64,000 nt of DNA, from NCBI RefSeq assembly GCF_009914755.1, contig NC_060934.1; one strand, written 5' to 3'. Numbering within the stretch: position 1 is the first letter of the stretch; the number at the start of each line of letters is the position of its first letter. Shown here in pieces: positions 41,001 to 54,530 of this stretch. The notes under the pieces are model-generated. The model ran no database searches. It was not told where the DNA came from and saw nothing but the letters and a program-made list of their open reading frames with translations. The translations under genes and the position numbers were made by a program. This DNA comes from the human T2T-CHM13v2.0 reference genome, Homo sapiens.

Positions 41001-42525
41001 GAGCAAGACCCTATTGGCCGCACCTGGGACAGCCTTCCTGGGCAGGGCCAGTCCTACCACCTCCTTTGTCCCTCTCCCACTCCCCAGACCCCCACCCCCT
41101 ACCCCTCAGGCCACCTGCTCCCTTTTTACCCAGGCACATGTCCATGTGTGCCCTTACAAGCTCCTGGCTTTCGGAAGGGAGGGGACAGGTTGTAGAGAGA
41201 CGGGATGCGCCGGAGTGTAATTTTATTTCTGTGGCTCTCCTTTCAAGCTGTCACGGTAAATCTATTTTACTTGTCACTTTGTAAATCATTATGCAGGATT
41301 AAGCCTTTTACCAGCTTTTAAGGCTTCTGCAACCAGGGACAACCCCACCTCTCCCTCATCCTGCCTTCTTTCCCTCACCTCCCTTCTGAATGACCCTACT
41401 GCTGTGTCTTAAGGCTCAGTTAGAATGTAAGTGGGGACCCAGGAGACAGCTTGCTGTCATTGAGTTTAGCTGCCCCATTTTACAGGTGGGAAAACAATCC
41501 CTGGAGAGGGAGGGACTCCCAGGTGCAGTGCCTGGGGTGCTTAGTGTTTTGTGGTGCCCCTGAGCAGTGGGGAGGGAAGTTGCTGAAAGCAACCGAGCCT
41601 GGGCATGGGACTTGGAGGGTTTTTTTTCCTCATCCCCCATGGGGACCTGGAGGCCCCCTGTGGCTGTGGCAAGATTGCTCAAGACCCACAAGGAGACCCC
41701 GTTTGGAAGAGGAGACATACTTGGAGGGAGAGAAGGACCTTCTGCCCCCTCTCAGGGTGTGGGGCTGGTGGGGTAGGGGACTGGTGACAGGAAGCTGGAG
41801 GTGGGAATGTGGTCACAGTCACCCTACTGGCATGTGGGATCCCGTTTATTTATTTCTCCAGAAATCTGTGTCCTTCTCCAGAGAAGGCTTTGAGGTGCAA
41901 GAACAATGAAGCCATGTGCTGAGATGTTGAGAGTTGCAGATAGTGGCTGGGACTACTAGGCCAAGAGCCAGCAGTGTGCAGCGGTGCGTTTCCTTTCACG
42001 GGTCCATCTGGAGCAGCCTGCTCACAAAACCAGAGTGAAAAGATGCTCACCCACAAGGCTGATGTGCATTGTGGGAGCTGAGGTTTGGGGGGTGCCCACT
42101 TTGAGAAGCCAGGGATGTATGTGCCCAGGGCCAGACTGCCCAGCTGGGCCATGCCGGGTTTGACAGCCTTAGGTCTTGCTGCCTTTTCCATCGGGATACA
42201 CTGGCCTCATCGCCAGGTCAAGGGCTTCCTCCCTATTGCTGGGGTTCCAGGGCTGTCCTCTGCCCGTCTGTGCCAATAGAGGGCCCCGCCTTGGGGGGCC
42301 CACACTCACCTGTCCTGCTTCCACCACTCCCCACCTAGACCTCTGCTGTCTTGAGCCCAGATGAATTAATCTCTTGCAGCAATTTCAGTCTACCAAGAGA
42401 CCTTCTCCAGCATCTTCTAGGGGAGGGTCCTGTGCTTTGGGGAAGCTGGACTGGGTGACATTCATTTCCACAGCCCTCTTTGCTTTCCCTGTTCAAGCCA
42501 CCATGATGTGCAATGGCAGCTGCCT

Positions 42526-42588
42526 TTTTTTTTTAACTTAAAATTTTAAAATTTTGTGAGTACATAAGTAGGTATATGTATTTATGTG
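42526..42588 (-). mobile_element. Very short 5'-truncated L1MA-type 3' end
   Basis: poly-T then AAATTTTGTGAGTACATAAGTAGGTATATGTATTTATG; flanked by TSD GGCA(G/A)CTGCCT at 42515-42525 and 42589-42599. Confidence 0.65.
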
Positions 42589-44441
42589 GGCAACTGCCTA
42601 TTTATTGGCCTATTTCTAGACTCGAGCTGTTCTGCAAAGCCAGAGCCTTGTCTCTTATCCCCTAGCACGGGGGCCATAACGGCACAGGCTAAGGCAATAT
42701 TTCTCCATTAGAAGGATGGCCAAACAAGAGTCCTCAGACCCTGACCTCAAGGAGTTTCACAGTCTGCATTGGAAACAACCTTGGCTACTCAGCAGAATAG
42801 CTGCAATGAGTACTGAAAGCTTCAGAGAAATCGGCTAATAAGTTCCAAGGAGTGAGATGAGAATGAGCTAGAGTGGTCGGTGGGGAGGGGCCTCCTGGAG
42901 GAGGGGGCATTTAAGGGCTGCACTGAGGATGGAGAGGCTTTAGCTAGAACAAGGCAAGGAGCGGGAGGAAAGGTACTTCTGGGCGGTGGAACCGGCATGA
43001 CCAAAGGAAGGGAGGTGTGCCTGTGGGGGTGCTGGGGCAGCTCAGCCAGCACCCATGGACTTTAGGGGAAGAACAGAGGCCAAGTTTCTAGGGATGGCTG
43101 GGACCCCAGAAGGAAGCCAGGGTTAGGAGGGAACACTTATTCTAGAAGTGGGGAGGGAGAGGTGTGTGACAGACTGGGTGAGGACAGAGCAGTGTTTTAG
43201 GAGATTTAGTGACAGGGAGCCACCTGGGTTGGAGGAGACCTGAGCCTATTAATTAGGCAGGTGAGTGGAGTCCCTGAGGTGTACTTCAGGACCAACCAGG
43301 CTCCCTGTACTGGGTGGGATGGGGCAGGGCTTAGGGGCTGGTGCTGTTCCCACCAGCCCCGCTCCATGCTGAGTGGGAGAGGAGGTGGCAGCAGCAGCTG
43401 GGGCTTCTGAAGATCTGGGTGCAGGCTTGGTCTGGCTACTCCTGTGCCTCTGTCCTCAACCTGCAAAATGGGGAGATTCTGCAACTCCACCCAGCCTGTC
43501 TGCCTGCTGCTGTGAGGAGTGCTGGAGACACAGGGAGGGGAAGTTCTTTGTGAACTGACATTGCCTGTTCTCATCCCCTTCTGGAAAACTGGTGGCTGCC
43601 ATGGCATGGCCATTTCATGGCTGCTGGCTTCCCTCTGTTCTCCAGATTGGGGGTGACCCTAGGACCTGGGTTTCATTACCAACAAGCCATGTGATCTTGG
43701 GTCAGTCACCTCCCTCTTCCAGGCCTTGGCGTTCTCCTCCATAAATGGATCCGTGCTGATAACCTAAGCCTCGCTGCACGCAGTGTGGCTGTTGTTGTGC
43801 TAGGAGACCCAGGCTTGGGCTGCGGCTAGGGGTGTCCCCCTGTGGGCAGAGCCCCATACCTGTTGTCACAGTAGCATCGCAACACCTCCTTATAAGCCTT
43901 GGAACCTCGGCCAAGAGGTTTCTGTGTGCGCTTCTTGGTCTCTGGTGACTTCTAGGCCCATTTGACATTTCTTTGCACTTCCTGCCCACTCCTGGAGGCC
44001 CCTGATTAGTCTACTTGGTTACAAACCCATATCAGATCCCTGATATCTCCCAGCAAGCCTTGCACAAGGCATGTGCCTTTAAGTGATGCTCGTGGCTCTT
44101 TGAAATCTGGACACCAGCTGGCAGAGGGGTGGTCAGGTAGCTCGCTTTTCTATAAGATGGGTGTATTTTGTTTTTTTTCTTTTGGAACAGATTTTGATTT
44201 TCTGATAATAGAGCCCTTGAGATAGTGAGGAGACAGTACCGGAAGCAGCACCCCCAAAGCCGTTTGAATACAATGCAAGCAGTTGAGGGGCTGAGCTACC
44301 AGCCAGTAGGAGAGAGGGTCCTGGGGGTTCAAAGAGCAGTGGGGGAAACTGAGGTACAGAGAGTACCCAGCAAGAGAATGAATGAGTGGCAGGTCCAAGC
44401 TTCAGATAATTATTATTCTTTCTACCACCCCCCCCACCCCC

Positions 44442-44442
<1 letters not shown>

Positions 44443-44473
<31 letters not shown>
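44443..44473. repeat. (AC)n microsatellite
   Basis: About 15 perfect AC units. Confidence 0.95.
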
Positions 44474-44478
<5 letters not shown>

Positions 44479-44586
44479 ATATTCAGGGGATGCTTTAGGT
44501 TCTCTGCACTGTGCCATGCAGTTTATGTGCATTATCTCATTTACTGTTCTGAAGAACCCTACGCGGGAAGGACTGCTGTACCCCAG

Positions 44587-44968
<382 letters not shown>

Positions 44969-45963
44969 TGATTAGGGCCACAGAGCCAGAAGGCGTTTTA
45001 GGCAGGATTTGAATGCAGGCCTGTGAGTTTAGATCCTGGCTCCCACTACCCTATGCACACCCTCCCATGCCCTTGCGTGCCTCTTCAGGGCCTCTCTCTG
45101 GGCCATCCCTGCCGCAGGCACTCTGCAGACAGACAGTCTTCCTCTTTCTAGGAGGTGTGGGTGCAGAGGACTTTGTGTATTGGGGAGATAAAAGAGCCCG
45201 TTTGGGATGATTTTTATCAGCTCGAGCAAGTCGGTTTGACTTACAGGAAGAAGCCAATTTGCATTTTGGGAAAGAGCTGAGTGTAAAGGCCGCAGTGAGC
45301 ACTGGGTGGATTTATAAATAAACAGTCGACCGAGGGCATTGTATGTCCCCAGCTGTACAATGCTGGGTTCATATTGACACCACAGACCTGTTCCACACGT
45401 CACAGCTGCCCTTTGGACAGAAAGGGCCTAATTGAGTAAGAGAGCGCTGCTGCTGGAAATGCCAAGGAACCCTTCCTCCGACCTGGCTTCCTCGGCACAA
45501 GCGAGCCGGGTGAGTCCGGCTGCAGCCGGGCCTGTTTACCGAGGCTGCTGGCATTGCATGCCAGGTACAGAGCCCACGGGCGACTCAGAAGGCCACGAAC
45601 GCTGGGGCCAAGGCGGCCTCTGCTCTCCCTGCAACCCGGAGGGAGCTGGAGCCAGAGCCAGATCTCAGGAAACTGGGGTCATTGCATAGAGGCTGCCAGA
45701 CAGTCTGCAGAGCTCAGCGGCCTGGGTTCAAACCTTCTCGCACACTGCCACTGTCGGTTACTTTGGCTTTCTAGAGCCAGATTCCTTGGCCATGAAGTGG
45801 GTACTGCTTACTTCCCAGGTTATTTTGAGAATGAAGTGAGATGAAGTCAACAGTAGATGTATCTGTCCGTTGTCCCTGCCCTGCTGTGGGATGACAGAGT
45901 GATTTTGGACAAGACCAAGGCCTCGCTGGGCATCACTGTCTTCTTCAGAAAGCAATGGGGCTA

Positions 45964-46445
<482 letters not shown>

Positions 46446-47529
46446 TCAGGACCTCAGTTTTCATGGGTAGAAAGTGGGAACGATTAAGGTTGTTGGAAAG
46501 ACAAAATATGCTCATGTACACTTAGTGCTCAGCATAGGGCTGGCCACATGGTGAATGCTCATAAATCAGTCATGTCTATAACATACATTTCAAGGGAAAA
46601 ACATCTGTTTTGAGGGCAGAACGCTATCAAGTCAAATATTTTCCTGATTTAATTTCAATAGTACTGTTATAAAAAACAATAACCATGATACCGATAGTTA
46701 GAAGACCGCCCCTTCCAGGCCCACTTCTTTACCCCTTTGCTTTTTGGCAATAACCCTTGTGCAGAGCCAACCCCATTCTCCTGACCTAACCAGTTCTCAC
46801 CTGGCCATGCGGCCTTTCCGGGTGTCAGGCAGGTCTCTCCGGTTAGGTAAGGGAGGCCTCATCCTTCTTACCTGACTGCTCTGAGTGCAGATCTATGCTG
46901 CTTCCCATCTTCTCCAGGCGCCTGATCTATTACCTTGGGCTTGGAACGCACCTAACAAAGGCTACCGTGAGGAGGCCCCTCGGTACCTGTTCATCTGGAC
47001 ACATCGTGCAGACCCCCGCACCCCGTGTGGCTCCCGGTTAATCTTCAGGGTGCAATCAATTTCTTCCTCAGAGGCCAGACTTCATTGTTCTAAGCCTTTC
47101 TCAGATCCACATCTTGGGGCTGCTGGGGTCCCTGCATCTGTGTCCTGGTGGTCAGTTTGAAGCACCAGCAGACAGCAGCGCTAAAGGCACCTTGTGTGTA
47201 CTACGTGTGGCCATCTAGGGATGTCTCCTCTGTTGCTGAACCTGCAGATCCCCGTGAGGCAGGTGGGGCCACAGGCCTCTCCCCTCTGTTTTATAGGGGA
47301 GGTAATTGAGCAGAACTTAGGACAGTTACATGCTTTGCTTCAGTTGCGGGGCTGGGATTTGGACCTGGCTCCTGGCCTGACACAGGTCCTCAGCTTCCAC
47401 CAGCCTTGCTGCCTCTGAAGGTTGCTGGAGAAAGGAAGCTGAATGTAGAGGGTGGGTCTGGAGGAGAGGGGGAGGAGATGAGCCCAGAAGGACAAATGTT
47501 TGCACAAGGAGTTAGAAATGAGATGTCTA

Positions 47530-47974
<445 letters not shown>

Positions 47975-48009
47975 TCAATGCCTGCTTTCAGACCTGGATG
48001 TGGGGGCCT

Positions 48010-48335
48010 GCTGGGTGCCAGCCCCCTGCTAGGCTCTGGGAATAGGACAATGGCCAGAACAGATAAGATCCCTGTCTGCTGGGAGCCAAAGAGAGAAACC
48101 AGGTAAACAAGACAATCACAATCAAGGACACCTTTATAAATTATGATAAGCACCAAGAAAGAAACAAACAGGGTGCTGAATAGAAAACCACCCAGAGGTG
48201 AGTGTGGGGGCCTTGAGACAGGAAGGCCTTTCTGAGGAGGGCCGTGAGATGATGGGGTGGGAAAAGAGAGCACACAGGCAGAGGAAACAGCGTGTGCAAA
48301 GGCTAGAGACAGAGAGGGGTCCCATGTGGCTCGGG
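48010..48335 (-). mobile_element. L2 fragment
   Basis: GGAAGGCCTTTCTGAGGAGG...CAGGCAGAGGAAACAGCGTGTGCAAAGGC. Confidence 0.65.
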
Positions 48336-49620
48336 GATGACCGGCAGGGGCAGAGCAGCTGAAACACGGTGGGCACCATGCATATCTTCCAGCTCCACTT
48401 GCCCCCGGGTCGCCAGCAGTGCTGCCAGCCTGCTGTGGGCATGGGCTCAGGTGTGGACATGCCTGTATCTGCTGGGGGGTCCCACATGGTGCTGGCTCCC
48501 TGCCTCAGCCAAGAGGCACATGACACATGACATCACTGGCTATTTCTGCCTCCCACCGGCCACCTCCATCTTTGCAGCATGAAGGGAGGCCTGGCCTGAG
48601 CCCTTAACTGGTCCCCTGGCTTGGCTGTCTGCCACTGAATATCACCTGCTATTTCAGTGACCATCCTGCTGTCATAGAGGGCAGAGGAGGCTGAGGGGTG
48701 CAAGGGCTGTCACCAGGGGTCCCCGGACAAGCCCAGGTTCTTCCGCCTAGGGTCAGCCCTGGCCCTGCAACCTTTGTTTATTTACTTTGGGCCTTGCTCA
48801 AAACTAGTAGCAAGCTGCCTGGAATGCAATGTGACGAACTCGAGATAATAATAAAATCAATTGGACTGTTTCCCCAGTAATTCTAGAGACTGATGCATCA
48901 TTAATGTTGGTAATACAGTGCCTGTCAGATCACAAACTTCTCAATAAATGTGCAGCTGGCAAGCTCTGATAGAAATTGGAGGCAAGCAGAGAATGAGATT
49001 TGGGGCCTTTGATATATGGGGTGTCAGTGGCGCAGTGAAGTTTTTATCAATTTCTGTCACTTTGGGCTTTTGTGCTCACAGCATATGTGGTCTTCATGGC
49101 ACCTCTCTGTGGGCTGCTTGGATGCTAACTGCACCCCCCCACCCAACAGTGTGAGGAAGAGGAGTTCCTGGAGAGGCCTCAGCAGCACTGGTGCCCTTCT
49201 GTGCAGCTTCATTACCAGGGGCTTCTCAGGCAGACGTAGACGGGCAAAGCCTTTGGACTTGACTCTGTGGATCACTCAGGCACTCTCCAAGCATTGATTG
49301 AGTCCCTGTTGGATTCAAGATGCCACTGGGCCCTCGGAGGCCTTTGGAGGCTCTGGAGGACTTGATGGAAGTCTGGGGCTTGGGGTTGTGGGGAATGGTC
49401 AAATGATCATTCCTACCTAAGGGTCAGGAGAAAATGGAAGCAGTGTGTGAGCTAGCCTGGAAGTGTCTTGCCAGGTAGACTAGGAGAAGAGACTATTAGA
49501 CTGGGGAGCTCTGTGGGCCCAGGCCCTGAAGCATGATGAATCCTGGAGTTTATGCGGGAGTGAGGACTTTGGCCAGGCCAGGCCCCAGCGGCATTGGAGA
49601 GAAGGCAGAAGCTGCCTGGA

Positions 49621-49873
49621 GGCAGTGTAGTGTGGTGGTTAGCACAAGCACTCTGGAGCTAGACAGGCAGGCTCCGAATCCTAGCTCCCACACTTAGCAG
49701 CTGGGCAACCTCAGGGAAGTGACTCGACCGCTCTGTGCCTCAGTTTCCTCACCTGTAAAATGGAGGTGGTGATAGTTGACCACCTATCTCGAAGGACTCT
49801 AGCGAGCATAAATGAATTAATACTTGTATGAGTGCCTGGTCCATTGCAAGCACCTGATAAGTAATTGGCATTA
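49621..49873 (+). mobile_element. Near full-length MIR
   Basis: GCAGTGTAGTGTGGTGGTTAG...CTCTGGAGCTAGAC...CTCTGTGCCTCAGTTTCCTCACCTGTAAAATGG. Confidence 0.88.
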
Positions 49874-51625
49874 CTTTTGCATAATGAGCTCAGTGAACCC
49901 ACCAGTCACCTGAAAGCCATACAGTGAGATTCAGAGAGTTGAAGTGGGGCATCCGCACTCATACAGCCGCCCAGAAGCAGAACTGAGATTTGAGTGCAGG
50001 TGATCTCAAAACCTGCGTCTCTAAGCTGCTGCTGAGGCTGCGGTTGAGAAGCGTGGGCCTTGGGTGCCCAGGTGGAGGAGGTGGCATGCGGCTGGGGGCC
50101 CAGCACCCTACCGAGGACAGGCCTGTGAGGTCACCGTCATTAGCAAGGAGATTGGGTGGGCAGTGAGTCAGCTCAGGCTTCATTTGTCAGTAGCCCTCTG
50201 GAGCTGGAGAACTTCTGAGACTGGGGACTTGACTGTGGTGCAGACGTCTGCATTGGCCCCTGGAGGCTGGAAGTGGCTTTGAGTAGCAGAGGAGCCAAAT
50301 GGGAACCATGTTGGCGGCAGATTCCAGAAGTGAGTCAGAATTTCAATGTTCCCAGCTCATCTGCTTGAGAGCAGGTCCTGAGACCCAGCAAGGCCTGCAC
50401 CCCCTCCTCGACACCCACCCACCCTAGAGCACCACAGTGTCTGCAAACCAGAGCGGAGGGTCCCTAGGCTGTGGGGGTGACTTGGGTGTGCGCACATTCT
50501 GATGCAGCTATCACTGTGGTGCACCTGCTGGGGACCCACCGTGAGGCCCCGGGAGTCGGTGTGCTGGTGCTGGATACCAGCGCTCCTTGAGAGTGCCCTG
50601 GGCACAGGGACCCCATGCTCCCATGAGCAGGGGTGCTCCTGGCCCTTCCCCAGGCTGCCTTTGAAAAGGTCCTTCCCCCTCCCCATGGCTCCACACAACA
50701 CCAGGATGTACTCCTGGCTGGTTCTGCATCTGTGTTTGCCTTTAAAAAAGGTGGGTTGCAAGGCCCCCCAGGGCCTCAGGAAAGAAGAAGCAATCTTGTT
50801 AGACTGGCGTGTGGAAGACAGAGGGGCCTGTGCTGCACTGGGAACAGGGAGCGGTGGCCTCTGGGCCCAGGTCTGCCCCCATCCCCTCCCCGGCTCCCTT
50901 CAAACCTCCCTGAGCCTCCATGCCCTGCTTGGGACGTCCCAGTGTGGAGCCCAAGTCCCTGCACTTGTTGGGTGGTGGAGGATAGCTGGTCCTGCATTTC
51001 CCAGGTGATGTGCCTGGGAAGCATCTCTCCATAAACCCCCTGTGACTTGGGCTTGGAGGAAGTGTCCCTTCCTGCCAGAGGAGCGGGGGCTGGGTGAAGC
51101 ATTGAGAGGAGCTACAGGTGCATTTGAAAAAGCAGGTAGGTCTTCTTTTTACCACCTGGAGGTCCTGGTTATGGGGGCAGGTAGGAGCACGGTGCTGACA
51201 TGGTCCTAACCGGTGTGGTTCCCATCACTACTGCTTGTATGACCCGAACAAGTCTCCAGCCACTCTGAATGTCACTTATCACCACAGTGCAGGTCCTCAT
51301 GCCCACCTGACCTGGGGTGTAATGGACCACACACCCTGATGCTCAGAGCACATCTCTTGTTGAATGCTAGGCCCTGGATGACTGGTCCTGGCCCAACCCC
51401 AGGAGTTTAGAGCCTCACTAGGGAACAAGACTGGGCATGTACTACCTGTAGCATGAGGGGCTGGTGGCTGTGAACAAGAGCCCTGCTGAGGGGAGCCCCA
51501 GGGGGACAGGTTCAGGTCAGCCTACTAGGGGAGGGCATTCAAGGAGGGCCTCCCAGAGGAGGTGGCCTTTGTGCTTCAGCCCAAAGGATGAGTTGGGGAA
51601 TGCTCAGCAGAAAGAGGCAGGTGAG

Positions 51626-51756
51626 GGCTGGGCATGGTGGCTTATGCCTGTAATCCAGCACTTTGGGAGGTCAAGGTGGGAGAATTGCTAGAGCCCAGGA
51701 ATTCAAGAACATCCTGGGCAACATAGACACCATCTCTGAAAAAAAAAAAAAAAAAA
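51626..51756 (+). mobile_element. Free left Alu monomer (FLAM-like)
   Basis: Single Alu arm with A tail; TSD AAAGAGG(G)CAGGTGAG. Confidence 0.85.
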
Positions 51757-54147
51757 GAGGGCAGGTGAGGTTATCAGGCCTGGGTGGGTGGGAGGCAAAG
51801 CCTGGGAGCTCAGTGGGGGCCTGATCACATCCCAGAGGGCCTTGAATGCCGAATGGAGTTTATCCTTGACTCAGGGTCAACAAGGAAACATTGTGGGGTG
51901 AAGAGTGCTGTCCTCAGATCTGATTTGCAGACCAGTAGCTGCAGTGGCTGCTTGGAGGATGTTCTCACAGGGGTCCCATGATCCCTGCTGCGTTCCAGGA
52001 GAGAGGGCATGAGGCTCATTGCTGGCAGGGGCCTGGGTATGGGCCAAACAGTGCTGCAGATATCATGTGGCTGGTAGGGGGTGAGGATGGTGGTCATCGG
52101 GGGCACTGGGTGCTGTGGTATCTGAAGGGAGTGATTTCCAAGTGCCGTGAGGGTGCCCTTGGCCCTCAGGGCTTTTGCACACAGCATCCCTGGGTGCCTG
52201 CTAAACGTGCAGATGCTGTTCTCACCCCAGCACAGCTGGGCCAGGTGCATTTAGAAACCTGGCTGAAAACTGCAGGTCTGATGAGGAGCACAAAGGTCGG
52301 GTCCCTAGAGAACAGGAGCCTTTGAAGGAAGAGGGTGGAGCTGATTGCAGACTGCCGAATCTTGAAGGGGTCCACAGAGGGGCTGCAGGGTGTGGACTTG
52401 GCTGCAGCAAGGAGAGAGGAGGACCAAGCTCTCCCCTTGATGAGTAATTCAGCATACAGTTGAAGCTCTTTGCAGTAGGTGTGAGGAAGGCAAGATCTTG
52501 GCACTGGGGATGCTACTGATTGTCTAATGGAAGGGGTTCTCAGCACAGGCAAAGGGCTGAGCTCACTGTGCTGGTGAAGGGGGCAACTGAGTAAGTCCTC
52601 TAGGATGAGGGGGAAGTTCCTAGTCTGGAAGTGAGGGAAAAACATCTGAGGCAGAGGGAACAGCATATGCAAAGGCTCAGAGTGCTGGGGGGATGCTGTC
52701 AGAGGGGCACAGCTCTTGAAGCCAGGCCAGCAGGGATGGACTTTGTTCCTGTCTAGGGGCAGCAAGTCAGCCAGGCTTTCTTCTCTCAAGTCAGAGAAGA
52801 AAGGCCAGGGCTACTGGATCCTGGAATGTGTGAGGTCCTTGGCCCAGTGGATGTCTGGTGGCCTTGGTGTATCTTATTGGCACGGCCACGTTCACAGGAC
52901 CCGTGGGGTCAGGGGAGGGCCTACTTGTGCAGAGGGAGGGGTAGTCTCTAGGTAGGCAACTGGCACCTGCCTCCATCTGGGTGAACCAGGGCAGGGAGGG
53001 AGGGAGGCGGGTGGCCAGGTGACGGCCGTCCTGGCAGGTGCGTTCCATCATCTGCCATGAAGACAGCCGTGGGGCCTCAGGGGCTGGAGCTGTTTCTCAC
53101 ACTGTCCCCGACCATAAACACACACACTGAGATTCCACCGTTGTCCCTCCCCTCTCTGAGGATGTGATGTGAGGAGCAGCTGTCAATTACCATCAGCTGC
53201 CACAATGCAGGGAGGCAGCTGAGGACCAGATAGAGCAGGAGTGGCCAGCTCCAGGTCACACGGCAAGTGGGACCTCCGACCAGCTCCCAGCCTCCCCATG
53301 GCACCAGGGACCTCACGTGGGTCAGGATCTCTCCACCTTCTCTGTAACTCTGGCTCCTGCTCTCAAGGAGGAAGAGCTGTCCCCTAGCAATAAGCTCTTC
53401 CCATCTGGAGTCACCAGCTTGTTCAGCTTTTCCTCACCTCCCTCCACCTACAAACAACCCAAGGGAACAAACCCAGAAAGCCAGGTCCCAGCCTGTTGGA
53501 CCAGGCCTCGCCCAGTTGGAGCAGAAGGCGTGCAGTGGGGAACGCAGCCTGTAGCCCCTCTCACAGGGAGGCAGAAATCCCGGCTCTGGAAGTGTATAAA
53601 CACGGTTATTTTTAGCCTTCAGAGGGCTGTGGGCGCAGCAGCGTGACCTGAATCTGGCTCAGCCCCCTCCTTCTGCCCCACCCGGGAGAGAAGGCCTCCT
53701 TTGCCCCGCCCTCTGCTCCATCAGCCTCAGGGCTGGGCCAGTGAATTCCAGGATCCAGGGAGAGAAAGAAATGGGTGTGTGTGGGGGTCTCAGCAAGGCT
53801 GCCCAGGGCCAGGAGCTGAGGGGGGACAGGATGTGGTTTTCAAAGAGGCAGCATTTCAAGTTGCAACAGAAATATTGGAGCCACCCAATTTCATGACTTT
53901 TCCATGGGTTCTTACTCCCTAATCCTGGTCCCTTCCCTGGTCTGGCTGGAGGCGAGTCCCAGGCGCCACCTGGGAAGCAGTGCTGGCCTAGCACCAGGCG
54001 GCCTTGCTGCTGCTTTGCTGCCGTAGGCTACCAGGCCCACATAGCACCTCTCCGCGGCTCAGTGCCCTCATCTGAGAAGTGGGATCATTCCCAACCTGGC
54101 TGGCAGGGAGTTGAGGGGGTGATGGTGAGCTGACAGAATCGTAGCTG

Positions 54148-54530
54148 TTCACTCACTTGTTCATTCAACCAACACTTATTAAATGTTAGTTTTATGCCAG
54201 CCAGTGATCTAAACATTGGATAGAAAGCAGGAAACCAGCTTGAGGAGGTGCTGACCCTCCTGGGGCTAACATCATTGAGCAGGGCTGGGGAACACAGAAG
54301 GACAGTAATCAGCTCGTAGTACGTGCAGTACAGTAGTAATGTCGAGCGATGTGTTACGGAGCGGCTGGGGTGGGGGAGGCGGCATGTATTTTAGATGAGG
54401 GCAGTCTGGGAGGACCCCTTGAGAAACTGTAAAACAGCCAGCCACTGTAGGTGGAGGAGGTGGTGAGCGGGAACAGCAGGTGCAAAGGCCCAGGGGTAGG
54501 AATATGCTTGGTGCCCGAGAACTGAGGACA
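54148..54530 (-). mobile_element. L2 3' fragment
   Basis: TTCATTCAACCAACACTTATT...ATGCCAG, GGGAACAGCAGGTGCAAAGGCCCAGGG. Confidence 0.7.

Noticed and set aside
53960-53980. Possible CTCF site (CCCAGGTGGCGCC on the minus strand)
   Set aside because: Only the 3' half of the core motif matches
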